Source: Candidatus Latescibacterota bacterium
GTDB lineage: Bacteria > Latescibacterota > CBDEFO01
DNA: 64,000 nucleotides
Direction: 5' to 3'
Assembly (NCBI GenBank): GCA_965248755.1
Contig: OZ252149.1
Coordinates: 288,001 to 352,000 of the forward strand
A program made the translations under genes and the position numbers. Below the pieces are notes generated by a model. That model was not told where the DNA came from and did not search any database. It saw only the letters and a list, made by a program, of their open reading frames with translations. Positions 60,200 through 64,000 of this stretch are shown piece after piece; position 1 is the first letter of the stretch; every line of letters starts with the position of its first letter.

Positions 60200-60934
60200 C
60201 TTAAGATGGTTGATGATCTTGAAGTATACACTATGCCCGAAGGCATTCAGACACTTACTGCCGATACCGGTTACGGTTCTGGTGGTTTTATCGCTGATAT
60301 ACTTGACTGGGGAATCACACCCCACATTCCTCTGCGATCAGGTGAAGAGATTGAGCCAATTCCTACTTGGAAAAACAAGACAAATTTCGCACATATTCAG
60401 GCCAAGCGAGATAAGAAAGTGCGAGAGGCAAAGGCCAGGAATTATGCACGATCTATCTCATTGACATCTGACTACAGACTCTCCCAGAAGCTCCGCAAAC
60501 GCAGTGAACATATCTTTGCTGAAGCCAAACAACAGCACGGTATGGGCCAAGCCCGTTACAGGGGCTTGGCCTCACTGAATGAACAGTTAAATCTTGTTGC
60601 AACAGTGCAGAATCTCAAGAGGCTTGTATCCTTCATAAGAAGGGGAAAAGCGTCTATATGTGCCCTGTCTGTCAAAGACAGTGCATCCTGTTCTTCAAAC
60701 AGCTTCTATTCCTTGCTGACCAGAACTCTGATGAGACTATTTTGCTTATTCCATAGCAAAACGATACGATATGCTACTGTTTGACCCATAATAGGCGTTT
60801 CAGACGCTGCCTACAAGATAACTATTTCACAAGGCTTCTAGATAGTCCAAGAAATAAGACTGGACTTTGGCAAGTTTTTTGCAAAATATCTTTTTAAAGG
60901 TAATCAGTTCGTCTTTTTTAATAGCTTACGTAAG

Positions 60935-61167
60935 GAGCTTACCCTGATAAATCTTCCTAACCTTGATAAGGCTTCCGAGGCTTTATCTGAGCTTTTGGCA
61001 TCAGTGTTGCCTGTGTTAGTGGAACGTCGTAAGCAGTCTTTTGCTTTGCGATCTAATCGCAAACGTGCCCCAGGTGAAGGACGCAAGCGACAGCTTGCGC
61101 CATGTCAGGAGGTGGTGCTGACGTTGATCTATTTGCGTCATAATGTCTCTCTTTCGGTGGTAGGAGT
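60935..61167 (+). pseudogene. IS5-like (DDE_Tnp_4-associated HTH) transposase 5' remnant
   Basis: RKRAPGEGRKRQL...VVLTLIYLRHN...VVG, truncated at a REP-like palindrome. Confidence 0.6.
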
Positions 61168-61294
61168 CCCCGATTGAATCCCCAATTGATTCTATTCAGG
61201 ACAGTTTTCAGACGCCATTCTTCGGATCATCTACTGTCTTAAATCCTGAAATACTCGATCTGTCGAGTTGTTATCTGCAAACAGATCTTACATT

Positions 61295-61837
61295 ATGAAA
61301 ATATACACGAAATCGGGAGATGACGGATACACAGGCCTGCTTCGAGGCGGAAGAATCTTAAAAAGTTCGCTTAGAGTCGAGGCTTACGGAACTGTGGATG
61401 AACTTAATGCGTCTATAGGCGTAGTAAGGTCGTTCAACCAAGATAAGGAGATAGACTCCATTTTGGAAGGGATTCAGAACGACCTCCATATCCTGGGCGC
61501 TCAATTAGCATCAGCTGTCTCGAAGGGAAAGGCGCCATCAATTTCCTCCCAAAGAGTAGACCAGTTAGAGAATATCATAGATAAGTGCGAAGGAGAGCTG
61601 AATCCCCTGAGGTACTTCATCCTTCCCGGCGGATCATCTTCAGGAGCGTTTCTGCATCTTTCCAGAGGAATATGCCGCAGAGCCGAAAGGAGAGCAGTAT
61701 CCCTATCCAAAGACGAGAATGTGGACGCAAATACAATAATTTACCTCAACAGGCTCTCCGATCTACTGTTCGTCCTATCTAGATTAGCCAACAAAAGAGC
61801 GGGCATAAGCGACACCGAATGGCATTACAGCGAGTAA
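61295..61837 (+). CDS. PduO-type ATP:cob(I)alamin adenosyltransferase
   Basis: MKIYTKSGDDG, AYGTVDELNA, FILPGG, CRRAERR, YLNRLSDLLF. Confidence 0.95.
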   Translation: MKIYTKSGDDGYTGLLRGGRILKSSLRVEAYGTVDELNASIGVVRSFNQDKEIDSILEGIQNDLHILGAQLASAVSKGKAPSISSQRVDQLENIIDKCEGELNPLRYFILPGGSSSGAFLHLSRGICRRAERRAVSLSKDENVDANTIIYLNRLSDLLFVLSRLANKRAGISDTEWHYSE

Positions 61838-61868
61838 TCTAAAAACTGGGTTATGCTCCATTTATATC

Positions 61869-62459
61869 TTGGAGGGACCATTAGTGGATAAACTGAAGCT
61901 TAAAAATAGAAAAGCCCTGAAGGAATGGGCTACGGCTGTGAAAGCGATGGACCAAGGCCGTCAATCTATACTGCTCAGGAAAGGCGGCATCGCAGAGGAT
62001 AGGGACGAATTTACCCTGGAAAACTGGGAGTTTTTCCTCTACCCTACGTATGAGCATCAAGACCAAGGCCTAATCAAGCCCCTATTTGTTCCCGATCTGG
62101 AAAAGACAATTAAAAGTGCTGTCGGTGGCAGCGTGACTATAAGTAGTTACGCCGTGGTTCAGGATGTGGTAGATGTCCTTAATTTGGACACAGTCTGCGC
62201 CCTTTCTGACTACCACATATGGTCAGCCGAGTACATGGAAGAGAGATTCCACTGGAGAAAAGATGTTCATCTTCAGCTCTTGCTCCTGAGGGTCTTTCGG
62301 CTTCCTCAACCTTACGAGATACCGGACCTTGAGGAATATGGAGGCTGCAAATCGTGGATAGATCTGGAGATGGAACTTTCAACGGAAGGCGCTTTACCCG
62401 TTCTGTCTGATGAGGAGTTTAAGAGAGTGTCTTATGAGATCAGGGGCGTATTGTCATAG
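61869..62459 (+). CDS. DUF1802 family protein
   Basis: ALKEWA, LLRKGGI.E, FFLYPTYEHQ, YGGCKSWI. Confidence 0.9.
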   Translation: MEGPLVDKLKLKNRKALKEWATAVKAMDQGRQSILLRKGGIAEDRDEFTLENWEFFLYPTYEHQDQGLIKPLFVPDLEKTIKSAVGGSVTISSYAVVQDVVDVLNLDTVCALSDYHIWSAEYMEERFHWRKDVHLQLLLLRVFRLPQPYEIPDLEEYGGCKSWIDLEMELSTEGALPVLSDEEFKRVSYEIRGVLS

Positions 62460-62492
62460 ACCGAAGTTCAACTGAATAATTGAGAGATCAAT

Positions 62493-64000
62493 ATGAACTC
62501 CTTATTTGCGGTTGTACTATCTATAGGCGCTTTTCTGTTGGCCTATAGATTCTACGGGACATATCTACGGGACAAGATATTAGGCCTGGGTGACAGCGAT
62601 AAGACCCCCGCAAATGAACTGAACGACGGAGTGGACTTCGTCCCAACCAGGCGCGTCGTCCTCTTCGGTCACCACTTTGCATCTATCGCCGGACTTGGCC
62701 CAATCATCGGTCCTGCAGTGGCCGTCTATTGGGGATGGCTGCCGGCCCTTTTGTGGGTGGTCTTGGGCACTATCTTTCTGGGAGGTGTACACGACTTTGC
62801 TGCTTTAGCCATCTCCCTCAGACACCAGGGCAGATCCATAGGCGATCTGACACGGGAGATAATAGGCGAAAGAGCCCGCATGCTATTCTTATGGATCATC
62901 TTCTTTTTGCTCACCTTAGCAATGGGACTCTTTGTCTTCGTAATCGCTGTCATATTCACCTTTCTCCACCCTGAAGCCATCATCCCCGTCTTCTCGTTAA
63001 TGATTATCGCCTCTCTTATAGGCACTGCGGTCTATAAATACCGTACGAGCTTGGGACCGGCGACCTTTGTGGGCTTGGCCCTTATGTTCATCTCCATCGG
63101 CGTCGGCGTATATAATCCCATCCCTGTCTATAAGTGGTTTCTGGAGCCTGAGGCTAGAACCGCTCTCGATACCGCTGTTGCATCGGGCGAATTGGCAGAT
63201 ACAAAACTAAAAGCGGCCAAGATGGGAGTGGGAAACGCCAACCTTCCGGGTCAAGCTGCAGCCTACTTCAAGCAGAAGGGACAGGACTCCTTTGCAGCCG
63301 ACGTTAACACCGCTGCTACCAACACCCGCACCTTCTGGATAGTAGTTCTTCTGGGCTACGCCTTTGTGGCCTCAGTTTTGCCCGTCTGGCTGCTCCTTCA
63401 GCCGCGGGATTACCTCAATTCCTATAAGCTCTATTTAGGCATGGCGGCAGTTATCGTGGGCCTGATAATCATGAATCCACAGATCGAGGCTCCCGCCATA
63501 AATCCCAACGCAGCCTCTGATGAATCCGCTGTACCATGGTTCCCCTTCCTCTTCATCACAGTGTCCTGCGGAGCCATCTCAGGCTTCCACAACCTGGTCG
63601 CATCGGGCACAACAGCCCGCCAGCTCCAGAACGAAAGAGACGCCCGTGCTGTCAGCTACGGAGCTATGCTGGCTGAGGGACTTCTGGCGACTCTGGTCAT
63701 CATGGCATGTGCAGCGACATTCAGCGCACGAGGCAAGCTCTTCACGGATGTCTACGGAACATGGAAGGCAATAAACGAGGGAGGCATCGGAGTGAAGCTC
63801 AACGCCTTCATCGAGGGCGCGGCGGTCTTTGTCTCACAACTCGGTGTAAGCGTTGAAGTTGCCGGCGTCTTTATCTCGGTGATGGTAGTCGCATTTGCGA
63901 TGACAACATTAGATTCAGCGACTCGTCTTTTGCGCTACAATATCGAATCCATAGGCGAAAGCGTGAAAATAGCCCCAATAACTAATCGCTACGTGGCCAC
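62493..64000 (+). CDS. cstA: carbon starvation protein A (peptide/pyruvate transporter), partial
   Basis: Manual translation: TPANELNDGVDFVPT, LFGHHFASIAGLGPIIGP, LPVWLLLQPRDYLN, CGAISGFH, FAMTTLDSATRL. Runs off the window. Confidence 0.95.
   Translation, partial: MNSLFAVVLSIGAFLLAYRFYGTYLRDKILGLGDSDKTPANELNDGVDFVPTRRVVLFGHHFASIAGLGPIIGPAVAVYWGWLPALLWVVLGTIFLGGVHDFAALAISLRHQGRSIGDLTREIIGERARMLFLWIIFFLLTLAMGLFVFVIAVIFTFLHPEAIIPVFSLMIIASLIGTAVYKYRTSLGPATFVGLALMFISIGVGVYNPIPVYKWFLEPEARTALDTAVASGELADTKLKAAKMGVGNANLPGQAAAYFKQKGQDSFAADVNTAATNTRTFWIVVLLGYAFVASVLPVWLLLQPRDYLNSYKLYLGMAAVIVGLIIMNPQIEAPAINPNAASDESAVPWFPFLFITVSCGAISGFHNLVASGTTARQLQNERDARAVSYGAMLAEGLLATLVIMACAATFSARGKLFTDVYGTWKAINEGGIGVKLNAFIEGAAVFVSQLGVSVEVAGVFISVMVVAFAMTTLDSATRLLRYNIESIGESVKIAPITNRYVA

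Larger units (their letters stand above)
57792..60784 (+). pseudogene. IS1182-family transposase, split, with a premature stop
   Basis: VPQDHILRQID..VDFSFV*, GRPGIDPE, VDGT.IRANAS, TDPDA | ADTGYGSG, EHIFAEAKQ.HG. ESAL-KMVDD is restored when IS1380 is removed. Confidence 0.88.
57685..60837 (+). mobile_element. IS1182-family element, interrupted by IS1380
   Basis: IRs AAGCCTTGTGAAA / TTTCACAAGGCTT; flanking CTAG at 57681-57684 and 60838-60841. Confidence 0.88.

Overview
The window has two parts. Positions ~1-45,980 are an accessory island. Its right end is marked by a decayed tyrosine integrase (45350-45825) pointing at a ~185-nt structured, possibly 6S-like RNA. Positions ~46,150-64,000 look like core chromosome (FGE-domain protein, sbcC/sbcD, amidohydrolases, MlaD, thioesterase, mce, pduO-like, DUF1802, cstA). 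This part also holds a 5-kb TauD islet with nested IS elements between two copies of the pduO-like gene. The island starts with an integron cassette array (attC sites, an IS3-disrupted cassette, a cyclase). It continues into ~40 kb of carbohydrate-catabolic genes: a DUF4838 tandem array, five BNR/sialidase-like proteins, two GH67-like, GH141-like, GH32, iolH-like and oxidoreductases. Four features stand out. (i) Two intI 3' remnants lie in the same orientation as the cassettes, each followed ~170-180 bp later by a conserved attI-like site, and decayed attC sites sit among the large catabolic genes. (ii) A shared RBS + signal-peptide module precedes unrelated secreted enzymes and also occurs as orphan copies. 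(iii) A repeated sigma70 promoter module precedes successive sugar genes. (iv) Several paralogs are mosaics. All family calls come from motif recognition by eye; no searches were run.
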